NCBI GenBank assembly: GCA_013239625.1
Contig: MU054129.1
Location: 127,238 to 191,237 of the forward strand
Source: Lama guanicoe
Taxonomy: Eukaryota
DNA length: 64,000 nt
Direction of reading: 5' to 3'
In this document: positions 24,839-38,146 of the stretch, in pieces
Layout: the number at the start of each line of letters is the position of its first letter
Numbering within the stretch: position 1 is the first letter of the stretch
Translations under genes and position numbers: made by a program
Notes under the pieces: model-generated
What the model saw: only the letters and a program-made list of their open reading frames with translations
Told to the model about the DNA's origin: nothing
The model's database searches: none

Positions 24839-27800
24839 AGAATCAGATAACTGAAAGCTTATCTAGCACATACTGAATTCTGCTTCGGGGAAGAGAGTGG
24901 TATTCAGCATTTAATCTGAAATTGATAATACTCCTGAATATAAACAAAAGACATAAGCATATGGAAACTCATCTTAAAAGAGCAAAGAATCCAGTCCAGC
25001 CTCTTCATTTTACAGGAGGGGAGACTGAGTCCTGGGATCTGTCCTCCTGGCAATCAGCAGCAAAGCTCTCCTGGTCCTCATGTCTTGCACTATGTCAAAT
25101 GCCAACAGATCTGTACTAGGCTTATATTCATAAAAGTCACTTCTGCACTTTTCCAACAGTAGGTAATCTAAGTGTCTTGCAAAATAGTCTTCTCAAAGAG
25201 TCAGGAAATCATATCAATTTGTTGAAATGCAAAAGATTAATTTATGTATTAAAACAGCTTGAGCTTTATTCTCTCCATTTAAAAAGTGGCATGTCAAATC
25301 AATGTTTTGATATTTTAAAACCTATTAAGATTACAGAAAAAAATCAAAAATTTCTTCAATCACAACAGAGATAACCTTATTTCCTAAAAATATTTAATGT
25401 TGATTTTTCTAAATTAATGGTTCCTGTCATATTCCTGCAAATTTAAAAGTTCTAGTGGATGGTTACACAGCAATATGACTTCTTAGCTGTAAAAATACAC
25501 ATTCTGTTTAAATAATCTTCAAGGCAATTTAACTAGTCCCTATCTTACAAAAGTGACATTAATTTCATCAAAACTTCATACTGCACTCAAAAACAACTGA
25601 ATCCTTATTACTGTAAATCATATTCATATATATCATATATATATACATATCGAATATATATCAGAAATAAGCCACCCTCTTTAGTATTCAGAGTTGATTC
25701 TTCTAAACTGTCATTGTGAAAGCACATTTTTTTTATTGAGCACCTCTTGGGTGCTTTGTATACAAGGCGTCTAACTCTCACAGTCAAGACAAGTTAAACA
25801 GCAATACTCAAATTTTACAGATGAGGAAATGTACTTAAGCCATGAAAAACAACTTACATATTCATCATCAGGAAAGAAAAGAGTCAAGATTTTACTTTCA
25901 ATATTCACTGACAATTTTTTCTTCCATACTAAAACTACATAAAACCAACTCAAACTTTGTAAATTTTTCTCTCAATAAGCAAAACTAGAGAAAAACAAGC
26001 AACGAGTCATTAGCAGTAGTTGGACTTTCAAAGCTCACTTTTCTTTTGCGTTATAATCATTTTTAATATTTAGTTTTTAGTGCTTGAAGAACACTAGAAT
26101 AAATAACACTAACTTTTTAAGTCATTAGCCGAGAATAAAACATTTGTGAAAATGTACAATTTTAATTTATGCCACTCTGTCTTACATTCTCACTGATGTC
26201 TCTCCTTTCAAGGCCTCATCAGGCTGAGATCACTAAAATTGGTCATTTATGGATTCAAAGGAGTTTGGGAAACCACTCAACAGGAGGCTGATTAGAGGAG
26301 CAATTGAGAATGCATCCTGTGCAGCCTGGGTTCCAGCCCGGAGCCTGCCACTGCCAGCTGCGTGTGATTTGGGACAAGCTGGACCATCTCTCAATCCCTC
26401 AGCTGCAAAAAAGGAGACACTGATACGTACCCTCAAACACCTGCTATGAAGTAAAACATGACGAAAGCAGTTTAGTCTTTGGTCGGTGTCCATTCAGGGC
26501 GAATTTGGTCATTATGATGATGAGGATGGCTGTTAACAAATTAAGCTAGACCAAAAAGTAGAAATCAACATAAAGGAGAAACATTTTAAATCAATGAGCT
26601 TTTCCTTTTGGATGGATTGCAGAATGTTCTATTGGTTTTTCCAATAAGCAAAGTATTGTCCATTATTTATAGACTTCCAGGTTCATGAACAAGTCTCTAG
26701 AAAAAGAATTAGAGGCCTCTAACCTCTGAATACCAAAAAAGTAAAGTTAAAAAAAGTAGGGGGGAGATTATACCTCAGTTGGGAGAGCACGTGTTTAGCA
26801 TGCATGAGGTCCTCAGTTCAGTCCCCAGTAACTCCATTTAAAAACGTTTTTTGAAGAAATGGAGAATTAAAGCACAAAGATGGAGGACTACAGAATTCTT
26901 TTGCAGACTCAACTCAGATTTAAGTTGGGGAAAAAAGACACCCTTTTCGCAGAGGATATCTTGAAAACTATGTAAATCGGATCTGAGAATCTAGTCTTCT
27001 TATTCATGAATTCATATTACCAAGTCTTAAAACTACCTGATAACCCACAGGGGTGATACTGATCGTAACAGCTGCCAACGTGGATCGAGCTCCGGCTCGG
27101 ACTGCTCTGTTCTGACATCTCTGCCCCTGAGGCCTCACCAGGTTGAGATCATTAAATCCGGTCATTCATGAGCATCTTGTGTAAGTCCTCCATTTGTGTT
27201 TCTCACTCCCTCCTCACCAGCCCCTCTGAGGGAAGCACTGTTATCATCTTCCTTACCCACAGATGAGGCCACTGAGGCACAGAGAGTAAACCTGCTTCAG
27301 GTCACATCAGGATTAAAGGACGTCTGTATTTCTGCTGTTTTGCTTTTGACAAAGGAATCTCTGATATCAATTCAAGACAGACTGTTAAGTAATCAAGTCT
27401 GTCTGGTCTTCACCTCAAAGAGCAGATACTATAAATTCCTGATGTAGGATGAGGCTGCCGCCACAAACTGACTCAGCTTGACAGTAATATCCAAGATGAA
27501 GCAGAGGATAAACGTAAATATTCACGATTGTCAACTCCGTCCATGGGTCTGGGCCCTTCACTGCCTGAACGGGGATGAAATCCCCACCCGTGTCAGGGAG
27601 GGAAGCGTGGCTCTTCCTGGTCTCACCCAGGCTTCACGGGCTATTTCCCCCCACAGGCTGTCCTCAAAGATTAAAAAGCTCTCGAGATTTGTACCCCATG
27701 CAAAACTAAAAGACATTTCTGCAGATGGAGCACTTTCTCAGGCTGAAACCATTTTTGCCTACACTCAGCAAGGGGGAAAAAGAAACATGACTCTGCAAAG

Positions 27801-27915
27801 TCTCTGAGTCTCACTACTCACACGAGTAGAACGGCCTCAGCACAAGATGACTCTTCACATTGCAGGGTGAGAACAAAATAAATCCGCCCCCAACCACAGT
27901 CCCCTCCCAGAGACA
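24800..27915. repeat. Segmental duplication, copy 1 (paralogous to 61490-62831)
   Basis: 24839-25587 aligns with 61519-62276, and 27391-27915 with 62277-62831. About 19 differences in the first 160 bp of unique sequence. Confidence 0.97.
26759..26845 (+). mobile_element. tRNA-derived SINE (camelid Vic-1-like)
   Basis: ggggggagattatacctcagttgggagagcac...gaggtcctcagttcagtccccagta, followed by an A tail. Confidence 0.8.
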
Positions 27916-27919
27916 GCAC

Positions 27920-28455
27920 TCAGCAGTCTTCACACTCACGGTTGTGCAGCCCTCACCACGATCTATTTCCAGAACACTCCATCATCCCAAAAGAAACCCC
28001 CTGTCCACTAGTAGTCACTCCCAATCGCCCCTCCACTCAGCCCCTTTCAACCATCACCTGCTCTCTGCCTCTGCATGTGCATGTTCTGGGCATTTCAGAT
28101 CACTGAAATCAACAATAAGTGGCCATTTGTGTCTGGTTCCTTTCACTTAACATGCTGTTATCAAGTCTTGTCCATGTTGAAGTGGTATCAGCATCTTTTT
28201 CTTTTTTCTTTTTGAAAATGTTAAAGTTTATTAGAAGGTGTTAAGTACTATCAAAAAAAGTAGAGTGGAGTATAAGGGGTGGGTATTCAAATGGAGAAGG
28301 GCGCGTTGAGCAGTAAGGGTGGAGTTTCAAGAGCAGGTCGCCGTTTTCATCCTCCCCCTTTTTTTTCTTTTTCATTTTTTTCATTATTTTATCTGAAAAT
28401 ATTCCACTACATGGAGATACGACATTCTGTTCATCAATTTAGCAGCTATATATGG
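27920..28455 (-). mobile_element. Old L1MB-like 3' fragment interrupted by a poly(A)-tailed insert (about 28196-28370)
   Basis: Antisense L1 motifs (ggttgtgcagccctcaccacgatctatttccagaac, aaatattccactacatggagatacgacattctg) on both sides of the insert. Confidence 0.7.
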
Positions 28456-28798
28456 ATGAGGTCGGGAACAATATGTGTCAGAGGTGACTAACAGGGATGG
28501 CATATAAGCAAAGGGCAAGATGTGCTTTTAAGAAAGGCCAACAAACAGAGGCACAAGGAAATTCAGCGCGTTTCTGAGAAAGTGCATGCTTGCTTCAGCA
28601 GGACTGCCGTGCAGGGCTGTGAGGGAGTGTGACAGGATACACAGTAAGGGATTCACCTGAGAAGATTCCCCACTGCAGGCAGCTCAGACAATTCTCCTCC
28701 CTCGTCCAGTATTTTAGAGCCATTTTTCTAGGTTTCCTCTTATTTCAAGTAACAGCACTTTAACTACACATCTGATCATCTGCATCAGATCACATTAC

Positions 28799-28891
28799 CT
28801 CCAAGCCACAGAAAGTCATTCACTGTCTGGAACAGCTCCAGGAAAATAGTGATGGGCCAGGGAGTCCTACAGCATCCCGGCCAGGAGATGT
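28799..28891 (-). pseudogene. TRAPPC9: TRAPPC9-like exon 3 remnant, internally deleted
   Basis: Reads [33 protein letters not shown] versus [29 protein letters not shown]. TAG at 28867-28869. The YKKRCQGRMRKHVGDL segment is missing and the expected acceptor reads GG instead of AG. Confidence 0.9.
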
Positions 28892-30043
28892 CCAGAAAGT
28901 AAAATGCACAGAAATGTCTCATTGCTGGTGCATGACATCTGCCCCAAAATTGCCCCAATATCATGCTGCCATAGCACGACTCAAACCTCTAACTACTAAA
29001 AAAAAGAAGCTAAGAAGGCAAATTTAGTCTCTGCCATTGAAAACCAGAAACCATCACTGCCAGTATCTGAGCTGGAATGATCCGGACTTTGAAAAACACT
29101 GCGTAGTTACTTTTCAAACATGAAAGGCATATATGTATTTCACATACATAATATTACTGCAGGATTTTTGTTTCCAAAATTTCCAGTCGCAACATTAGCA
29201 CAAGAATGTTTATGTTTCAGCTTTAAAAAAATCAATTATGTTCCAATTTCTTAATTTTGAGCCTTTTGTTAGTTTATAAAGAGAGCTATGCTGCATATTA
29301 TAAACCAACTATTTGGATTCTGCAAACAAGACCTTTATGACCTCACTATTTCAGAGCAAGCTTTAGTGATGCATTGAGAGGTGGGGCCTGGGGCACTCAC
29401 TAATAACTCTTTAAATACTGACAAGTATGTGCTATTAGGTAATGCAAAGGCTCTAACTCCACCTTAACTCAGAAACCAAAGAAATTACACCAAAGCCTTA
29501 CTTTATCATTTTTATATTCCTATTCTTTTAAATATTAAATTTCTTTAAAGATAACATTTTGTTTTTGAGAAAAACAGTAGCTGTATTCAATTTCCTCTCA
29601 CCAAGAAAGCAATTTTTATCAAGAATAAAAACCCCTATGGAAATCCAAAAGATGGGGCATTTCTAGCTAAGTGAATGTGCAGAACTCAACATACACATAA
29701 ATCCTACCAGATCTCACTCAAACGAGCTCAACAGTCTCCTGGGCTACCCTAGAACTTAGCTCTTCTGTTCCAAATGTTGGCTGAGCAAAGATCATCACAG
29801 AAGTCAGGGAAGGAGAGAAGAGGAAAGTCCAGCTGGCGGCCTCCATCTGTTTTCTTCCAGCCACAAGGTGCCGCTAGGGCAGCCCCGCTAACAAGCCCTG
29901 CCCATAAGGAAATCCGGCATCCACATTGCCCCTGCCGTCCCCAAGCAGCCCCGACACCCCTCTCCCACTGGTCGCCTCCCAGCCTGTGAATGGTCTTCTA
30001 ATGACTCCCCCAGTTGGTGGCACCCTCCCCTTGTTCCTAACTG

Positions 30044-30067
30044 CACACACACACACACACACACACA
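30044..30067. repeat. (CA)n microsatellite within L2-like remnants
   Basis: Directly visible. Confidence 0.9.
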
Positions 30068-33000
30068 GCTAGAGCAGCCTTCCCAAAACACAAATTTGAT
30101 TACATCACTTCCCTGCTTCAAACCCTTAAGGGGTTCCCTAGTAGAGTTCTAGCCCCACCCCTGCCCCTAATTGCCCAGCCTCACTGCAGTACCCAGGTCC
30201 CCAGTGACCTCAGGGGCCCCCTGACCACCTGCTACTTCCCACTCGCCTCCAGGCTCATTTTCACTATATCTAAAGGAAACCTTCCTTGCCTCCAAACCCC
30301 GCACTTTTAGTTAGGTGCCCCTGCTGTGTTCCTAGGACATTCTACGCTGAGTCAACTTCTGAAACTGCTAAGATCGCAAGAGGTTAGTACAATTTGCTTA
30401 CTAATGTGGGTCCATCCCTCTCCCCTACACAATCAGAAGTGCGCATGTTATGAATAAATGAATGATGGGGTGGGTCTCAAAGGGACTGACAGAGCTGCTA
30501 TCGCCCACCCCAACCCCATCTTTCTGTAGAACATCAGAAGCAAAACCAGGAGAACCTGTCCTGAGGGTCACTTCCTGCTAACACCCTTCACTTACTCCTG
30601 TGTCAGTTCTAGTAAAACCCAAGCTCTTCCAAAGCCCTCCACCCCAGGCCATCTCCAGTGTCCTCCCAAGCAGGGCACCCTCCACCCTGGACCGCACAGG
30701 GCACTCTCCCCGAGTCCCCACCCCACAAGCCTCCAGGCATCTGCCTGGCTGCTCCTGTCACCTGAGCCACCCTCTTTATGCCTTCCCCTGGCTGACTCTT
30801 ACTCTCTCCTCACAACTGAATGTAGAGCCCATTTCTTCCAGGAAGCCCTCTCTGATAATGTCCTTTAGGTCTTGGCTGGGCTCCATTTTTGCAGCACTGC
30901 ATGGTGACGAACTGGGTGTTTGCCTGCTCCTTTGAGACCATGACCTCTTGGGGGCCACGTGGGAAGGAGTGAGAGATTACAAGAGGGTTGGGAGAAGCAA
31001 AAAGCAAAAATCACAGCCCAAGTCCCAAATTCAAGGATTCTTTCTCAGAAAAAAGAATAAACTATTTCACACGTGTGCAATTTGGCTACTATCTTTGTGG
31101 TTTGTGGACAGCGAGAGCTTGGTGTTCTAGACCAAAACCCAGGTTACATGCAAAGAAATGTATATATTCATATCCAAAGGAAATCAGAGCTGCTCAACAA
31201 CAGTTTGCAGTTAGAATTGAAACGAACTTTGATAAAGGCAATCTCTCTCTCTCTTCTTTCTTTTCTGGCATCATATAATTTTAGAAGTATTTGCGTGATT
31301 AAGAGATGGCTACAGCCCGTGATGTTGCGCTGGAGTGTTCTGGGATGAGAAAGCCCAGATTACATTCACTGTGTAAATGCAATTACACCAACACACTGAC
31401 AGGCGCCCTGGTGGTGGAGCTGATGTTCCAAAGCAGGCAACCTTATGCTGTAAGAGAACTCTAAATAGAAAGTAAGAAATGCAAAGCTCTGTACTCAATT
31501 TCATTCGCTATATGGGCCATTAACTGATAGTATATCTTGTCTAATGAAACCCAAAATAAACTGTCAATGTCGATTTTCTTCATCTGACCGTTTTATGCTA
31601 ACTTTGAATATCAAACCCTCACTCCATACGGAAAGCTCAGGCCTACGCTGCAGCACAGTTACATACCGTGGAAGAAAGTCTATCAAGGGAGAACTGGAGA
31701 GTTTCCCTTCAGAAGCTGCTAAGTCTGGTTTTGCACCTGTACATCATTTGCAACCACGTCATCGTCAAAGGAGTAAGACCTTACCTCTGTGGGGCGTAAA
31801 GCACTGCGGTGCTTCCGAACCATCAAAGAACACTGAGCTTTGTGAAACAGACCTGAGGCACTTAAATCGCACTTTAAACTGACCTACCGTTCCAGGCACA
31901 ACAGGGAGGTACCGGAATTAGTACAGAAAACACGCCCTTGAAGTCTGACAAGGCCCTGCTTGAATCCTGCTACAGCATTCAATAGCCGCTAAACGGACCA
32001 ATTCCTTGACCCCTCTGAGAAGGCTTCCCAATCCGCAAAAGGGGGCTGCCACCGCCCACCTGGGAGGCATGGATGTGAATGGAACATGCAAGTAGGGAGG
32101 CCGACTGGTACCTGACACGGGGCCTGGCTAGTTTCCCTCCGCTGCCCTTCTCCCCGTTTAAGCTTGCACTGTTCCCCCTAGTGAGGGTCAAGCCCCCGGA
32201 ATAGACTGCCCGATTCATCTGTGTATCCCCGGATACATGACTTACCCTTAGGAGGCCAGAAAAACAACTGCCTCCTCCCCAGACACTATCAATTTTCTTA
32301 AGAGTCTGAGTTTTTATTTTTTAACTCTATTTTGCAGGGAGACTATTCCAGAACTGTTCAAACAGCATTCTCTAGGTTGGCTCCTCTCCCAGCGCCCATC
32401 CCCTCTCACCTCAGAAACTCTGATCGCCTTTTGAACGTGGAAAGCGGAAAGCGTGTCCGCTGGTTTGGGGGCTCCCCTGGCCTACCTCCCTCCCTCTCAG
32501 GTGAGAGTGACTATCTTCTCCCCACTCCCCACTCCAACTCCAGCTTCTGAGGAGGTCTCCCCTCCCAGACCTTGCAGCCTCTGCATCATCCCAAGATGCT
32601 CACACATGGCCACGACCCTCCCTTCAGATTTCTTCCTGGCTGGCCCTGTCCACCCCCTGGCCCCTTGAGGATAAATGCCATTGCTCTGAAAATCACAAAC
32701 GCCGCTGACTGACACACCAAAGCAGCATGGTCTGGGCTTTCCTCCAACCCAGGCACAGCCCTGCCCCCCCTCAGCCTCAGTCTGCAGCTCTCGAGATGAG
32801 CTCATCCACATGCACAGCTGTGAACACCAGCTAAGAATGACGAATCCCAACCTGTATCTCTAGTCCGCCTACTTCACCTGAGCCCCAGGCTCATAGACCC
32901 GAGTGCCTCTTTGAAGTCCTAACTTGGATGACAAATGGCATCTTAAAAATGCCTCATGTCCACCATTTACTCTGGAATTCGATTCCTGGCAGGTACCTCT

Positions 33001-36000
33001 CAGGCTCCTCTTTCTCGTAACAGCCCCAGCACCCACCTAGGTGTTTGAGGTCACATTCAATTTCCCCTGTTCCCTCCCCCAAGCCCTGCCCTGGAATCAG
33101 TCGTGTCATTTCTGTCACCAAGCCCTTCTCAAGTCTGGTTCTGCAGGGACCACGGCCGGAACCCCACAAGCTCACAGCATGGTGCAGTGAGTCACAGTCC
33201 TCTGAAGGGAGCTCCCTGGAGGGGGAGGCATCTCTTGGTACAGGTCACCTCAGAAGGAACTGGATTCTCACACAGGAGGCCCAGGAGAAGGGACTCAAGT
33301 TTCTCCCGTGGTTTGAGCTTTGAAGGGCCCGAGGTCAGGGAGAGCTCCTAATTAGCAGAGACACCTGCCAGTGAGCAGATGAGGATGGAGGAACCCAGGC
33401 AAGGCTGTTCTCACTCCAACCCCTGAGCTCTCGGGAGCCACGGGAAAGGCCTGTGTCCAGGACACAGCCCTGCCATCGCACATCCCAGCCTGCATTTGTC
33501 AACCCGGACAGCCTAGACTCCTTCTAATTGAGAGATTCACTTCTGTTCTGTTTCCCCCGAGAATCTGATGGACTCTTTCAGAAAGTCTGGCCTGTCTCAA
33601 GCGAGACCAAGTCAGTGAAGTATGAAGTGTCCACATTTGGACCAAAGCATGAAAGGAGAAACAACGTCTCACGGCCAGCATGACGGTGGTGGCCAAACCC
33701 TTCCCTCGGGTGAGATGAACCAGGGTGTGGGTGAAAATGCAAGATCCTAGGTCGGTCAAAGCATCTCCTTTCACAGCTGACTGGGGTGTTGGAGTCTCAC
33801 TACCGCAAACTAAAGACATGGCCGACAGTGGTGGACGTCAGCTGCAACAGACACAATCAGCTGTTTACTGCCAACACGGGTTAAATGTAAAGGCCGGTGC
33901 AGGGAGGCCTGCACAGCTGCTTAAGCAAACCACAGACCCGGCTCTGTATGCCCACTGGCTGAAGCAGAGAGGAAGCTACGGTCCCCATTAGTGGTCCCTA
34001 TGTCCACCAGATCCAAGTGAGCCAGCTACTTAGCAGAAGGCCATATTGTCCTGATGCTCAGAGAAACCAGCATCGTAAAGGGAACAAAAGAGTGACGTGG
34101 ATTTTAGACCCACTTCTGCCCCTTTATGAAGGCAAAGTAAAGTAAATGGCATGGGGAAGGCAAAAGCAAAAGAAAACTGCTTCCTCCAACAGCGCCCCTT
34201 GTGGGCTGCTCACCCCCCCCCCCAGACTTCCACTTCCTCCCCAGTGACCGCCGGCCAGGAAGCGCCATCAGTTTCGTTACACAGCGACGGCCAGGAACGG
34301 CGTACGAATAAAAGCCAGAATCAAGCAAAGTACTGCAGACTTTGACTTTCCAAGTAAAAATACCCATGAAAAACATCCCTCAGAAGCCACCTAAATCAAT
34401 TCGCATCTCACTTTCTAAAAACAAGCAAACAAGCAAAATTAATAATGGCTGATTTGTCACCAATATAAGGAGGACCAAACAGGCTCCTCCAAGCAAGGAT
34501 TTTAACAGGTATCAAACACCAGTGCATGATGTGTTAACAAAGCAAAAATTCCAAAACATTAGAAGATAATAAGATGACTATGATAATAAATGGATCGAGG
34601 CAGCTGTTAAGTTTTTGCTTTTTAAAGCGATGGAGGCAGCACGAATTTAAATGTAGGTATTTCCGATGCAGGGTGCGCACAACCCACCTTTTCAGACCCA
34701 ACAGCATGCTCACAGGGTGGTACGAGAGAAAAAGGAAAAGAGGAACAAGCAAAAGTTAGAAACACACAACAACCAAAATAACTTTGACAGCATGAATATA
34801 AGAATTTACGTGAGTGTGATGAGGCCAGAGACGTGGGGACAGTGAGACCCACCCTCACCTCCTGCTCCGGGGAAATCAGAGGCCTGAGGGGAGCGACACT
34901 GCCGTGGGGACCCCAACATCGTCAGCACCCCAAACCAAAACTCCACCTACATGCGCATAGACAGATTTTGATCTACAAAACTTGGTCGCATTTCAGGCTG
35001 GACAGTTTTACTCACTCCCACCAAGAGTAGCAGGAGAGAATTAGGCTCTGCTCCTGCAGCAAAGCATTGTTTTAAAAGTTGGGTGACTATGGAATAAAAG
35101 CAACAATGGAGTAAAAGTGATGGGAGGAGAACGTGTTTGACCGGAGCTCACTGGCTGCGTTATCTCACTTACGTTCAGATGCTGGCTGAGCGCTTCTGGT
35201 ACCAGAACAGACAGGTCCAACAGGAGGGAGGTTTCATGCACTGCTGTATTTTGATGCCCAGAGCTGTGCCTGGTAGACAAGGTTCTGGGTAAACAATGGT
35301 GACAGTGTCAATCACTATGCACTAAGCACACTGTCCTGAAACTAGTTTCTCCGCCAAATCCCGAGGACAGATTTCAAAAGGCAAAAACAAGCTGGCAATC
35401 TCCGGTGGGTCCGCAGACTCATAGAAGCAGTTCCTGAGCAAAAATGTCACCAGTGCCTCCTATGACAAAAGAGGGGGCACTGGCCAGGGGGCTGGAGCAG
35501 TACTCCAGGCTTCCACCGCTCAGCCACCAGTCTGTCCAGGGGGAGAAGGTGGTCCCTGCTGACGCTGCAGCGCTGTGCGCACATGCAGCCCCACCTTAGT
35601 GCATCACCGATGTACCTCTCTCACCTAACGCCTGGGGGCTCAGCAGGAGGTGACAGGTGAGGTGAACAGAGCCAGCCTGGTAGTGGCCTGGTGCTGGCAG
35701 CTGTGCCCTCGGCAGTGCCCAGGACCCTAAACGTGATACCTCATCTCCAAGAAGCAGAAGGGGGCTTAGGTGTGTAGATCACAGAACCCTGCGAGGACAA
35801 GTACACATCATGGCCACAACATGTCTCGCCATTTCCTTAAGCCATAGAGGCATGTCCGGGGAGGAACTGAAAATTCATCCAGAGCCCACCAGGCACCACA
35901 CGCAGGTGAGACTCGGGTCCCCTGTGCCTTTCACTCGCAGGTCTGGCCGGGACATTCTTTTTGTCAGTTCTTTGGTGTCTTCTCTAACTTACCAAACCCC

Positions 36001-36599
36001 AGAAAGTATGGTCTGACCTTAGATAAGTCCAAGAATTACAGAGCCTCGACTCCACAGTAGGCCTGGTAGCATGTGCCAGGACCACCAACCGTCACCTATG
36101 AGACCGCCTTGCATGCTCTCCAGCGCGGGGAGAGCAGACTCAGGACCCAAGGCCTGAGGCCGGGTGACACAGCTTCCCTCGCTTTCCCCAGCAAATGGGG
36201 ACCACCTCTCAGCAAAGGCATCTCGCCCTCTTCTGCCCGAGAGACGGCACGATGGCCACACAGGGAAGCAGAACAGAGGGTGGCGGAGGGGGGCAGATGG
36301 CCCAGAAGAGCTCGTCTGCAATTCCGGGGCAAAGTGGGGTCACTGACCTAATCACAGGGACAAAGTGAGGACGAACATTTCCATACTCTGTCCCATACTC
36401 CATGACACGCCTTCCCCTGCGTAAGAAGCTCCTTCGGAAATCCCTGGTGGTGTTTCTGATGTCCTAACCTGGCATGGTGGCTGTCGGGCAGGAAGAACAG
36501 CCTGGGAGGTAGGAGACACGGGTTCCACCCTCAGCTCAGCTAGTGCCTCTGTCTGCTGCATCTCGGGGTTCAGCCCCTCAACAATATATCAGATAGGCA

Positions 36600-36910
36600 A
36601 GACTGTCCCAGGACAATGGGAATGCAATGAGAGTAATACAAAGAAAGTTTTCCAGTTGCCAAATTTAAATAAGTAGAAAAACAAATTCTTTAAAATGATT
36701 CTAAGAACAGATCTAATTTAATGTAATATGTATCATACTATCATTTTGACATGTAGTAAATGTAGAAATTATCAAGATAGTTTACATTCTTTTTTCTAGA
36801 CAAGTCTCAGTGTCTGATGTCCATTTGAAATTCTGCACATCTCAGCCTAGACCAGCCTACTCCCCAGCACTCCCAGCCTCTTTGGCTGTGGCTACCCTGT
36901 TGGACAGCAA
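36600..36910 (+). mobile_element. hAT-Charlie MITE (MER33/MER3-like)
   Basis: Ends in tggctgtggctaccctgttggacagca. Internal atcattttgacatgta and gatagtttacattctttttt motifs. Confidence 0.65.
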
Positions 36911-37147
36911 CTCCAGAGGTCCCACCAGGGGTCTTGGTTGGAAAGGGGGAGTAAGTATCCAAACTAACCCTAAATGGATCTCTCTGAACTAAAGATGAAT
37001 TCATTTTTAAAACTTTGAAAACCGTCAGGCTGCATCTCCCTCCCTCCTTGGCTGCAAGACAGCTCCCCTTCTTGCTGATCCCTTTCTGGATGTAGGAAAG
37101 CAAACCAGGCATACAGCCAGGGCGGCTGGGACTTCACGTAGGCTTAC

Positions 37148-37730
37148 CTGCTGTCTGTGTCCAGTCCCACCAAGTCCCTCTTCTCAAATGGGATGTAGAG
37201 GAGGGGGATCTTGTCCCCAAAATTGTTGGTGGCCCTGTCCAGGTGCTCGGACTCGAGCACGATGAAGAGCGACTCGATGAAGTCCTTGATCCTCTTCTCC
37301 ACCACCCACAGTCCTCGTAGCTCGGGTACAAGGCCAAATTAGTGTGCAACTGCTCAGGGAGCTCGCCCTTCAGCACAAAGACGAAGAGCCACGAATCGTC
37401 CTGCGTGTTGCCACACATCTCCTCTGCACAGAGAGCTCCTCGACCTGCAGCCAGTCCTTGGCCAAGCGGTCAGTGATGGTGACGAGGCCCATGATCCTTC
37501 AGTGGGTCTGGAAGTGTCCCCACTCGTTCTTGTGAGGATAGTGGTACCTGTAGCAGATACAGAATGACTGCTGGAAGCCGCACAGCATGACCTGGCTCAC
37601 TGAGGAGATCTGTTTATAGATACATAAGAGATTCTCCTCCAAGATGATCCCCACATGCTGGACCACCATGGGGAGAGTCTGGTGGTCCTCAGCATGCTGC
37701 ATGTAGTCAGCAATGCTCATGTTGCAGGCC
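37148..37730 (-). pseudogene. TRAPPC9: TRAPPC9-like exon 2 (first coding exon) remnant
   Basis: Acceptor ctcttggcAG, then 10 nt, then ATG at 37720. Reads [43 protein letters not shown]...[19 protein letters not shown]...DSWLFVF...[60 protein letters not shown], collinear with TRAPPC9 MSVPDYMQCAEDHQTLL...GLDTDSR. TGA at 37499-37501 and 1-bp frameshifts near 37423 and 37307. Confidence 0.97.
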
Positions 37731-38146
37731 CTGCCAAGAGAGGAGAGGAGACTGAGGTACATGCGGTGCTGTGGGCTGCAGAACCCTCTGGGATGCGGTG
37801 ACCTGTGTGTACCAGCCAGTAGGCAAGGGAAGCCCAAGCAAACCTGGAGGCACAGTCTGTCCTCAGAGTCTGCATATGGCTCCCCTAGCTCGGATCACAT
37901 TATCCTGCTCTTTGTCCAGGCTTCCAGCCTCTGCAGAAAAGGGTCATTTCTTGTTTTCTGTTTCCAACATCTAGCCAGGCCCTGATGCTCAAAAATGCTG
38001 AATAAATGAATGAACAAAGGAACTGCTTCCACACCCCTCAGCAGAATATAATGAAAGGAACCACAGTGGGATCCAAAGATCTGGATTTCAACTCCAATTT
38101 ACTTGAACTCCTACGCTGCAAAATAATGGATAAGAAAACTCGCCCT

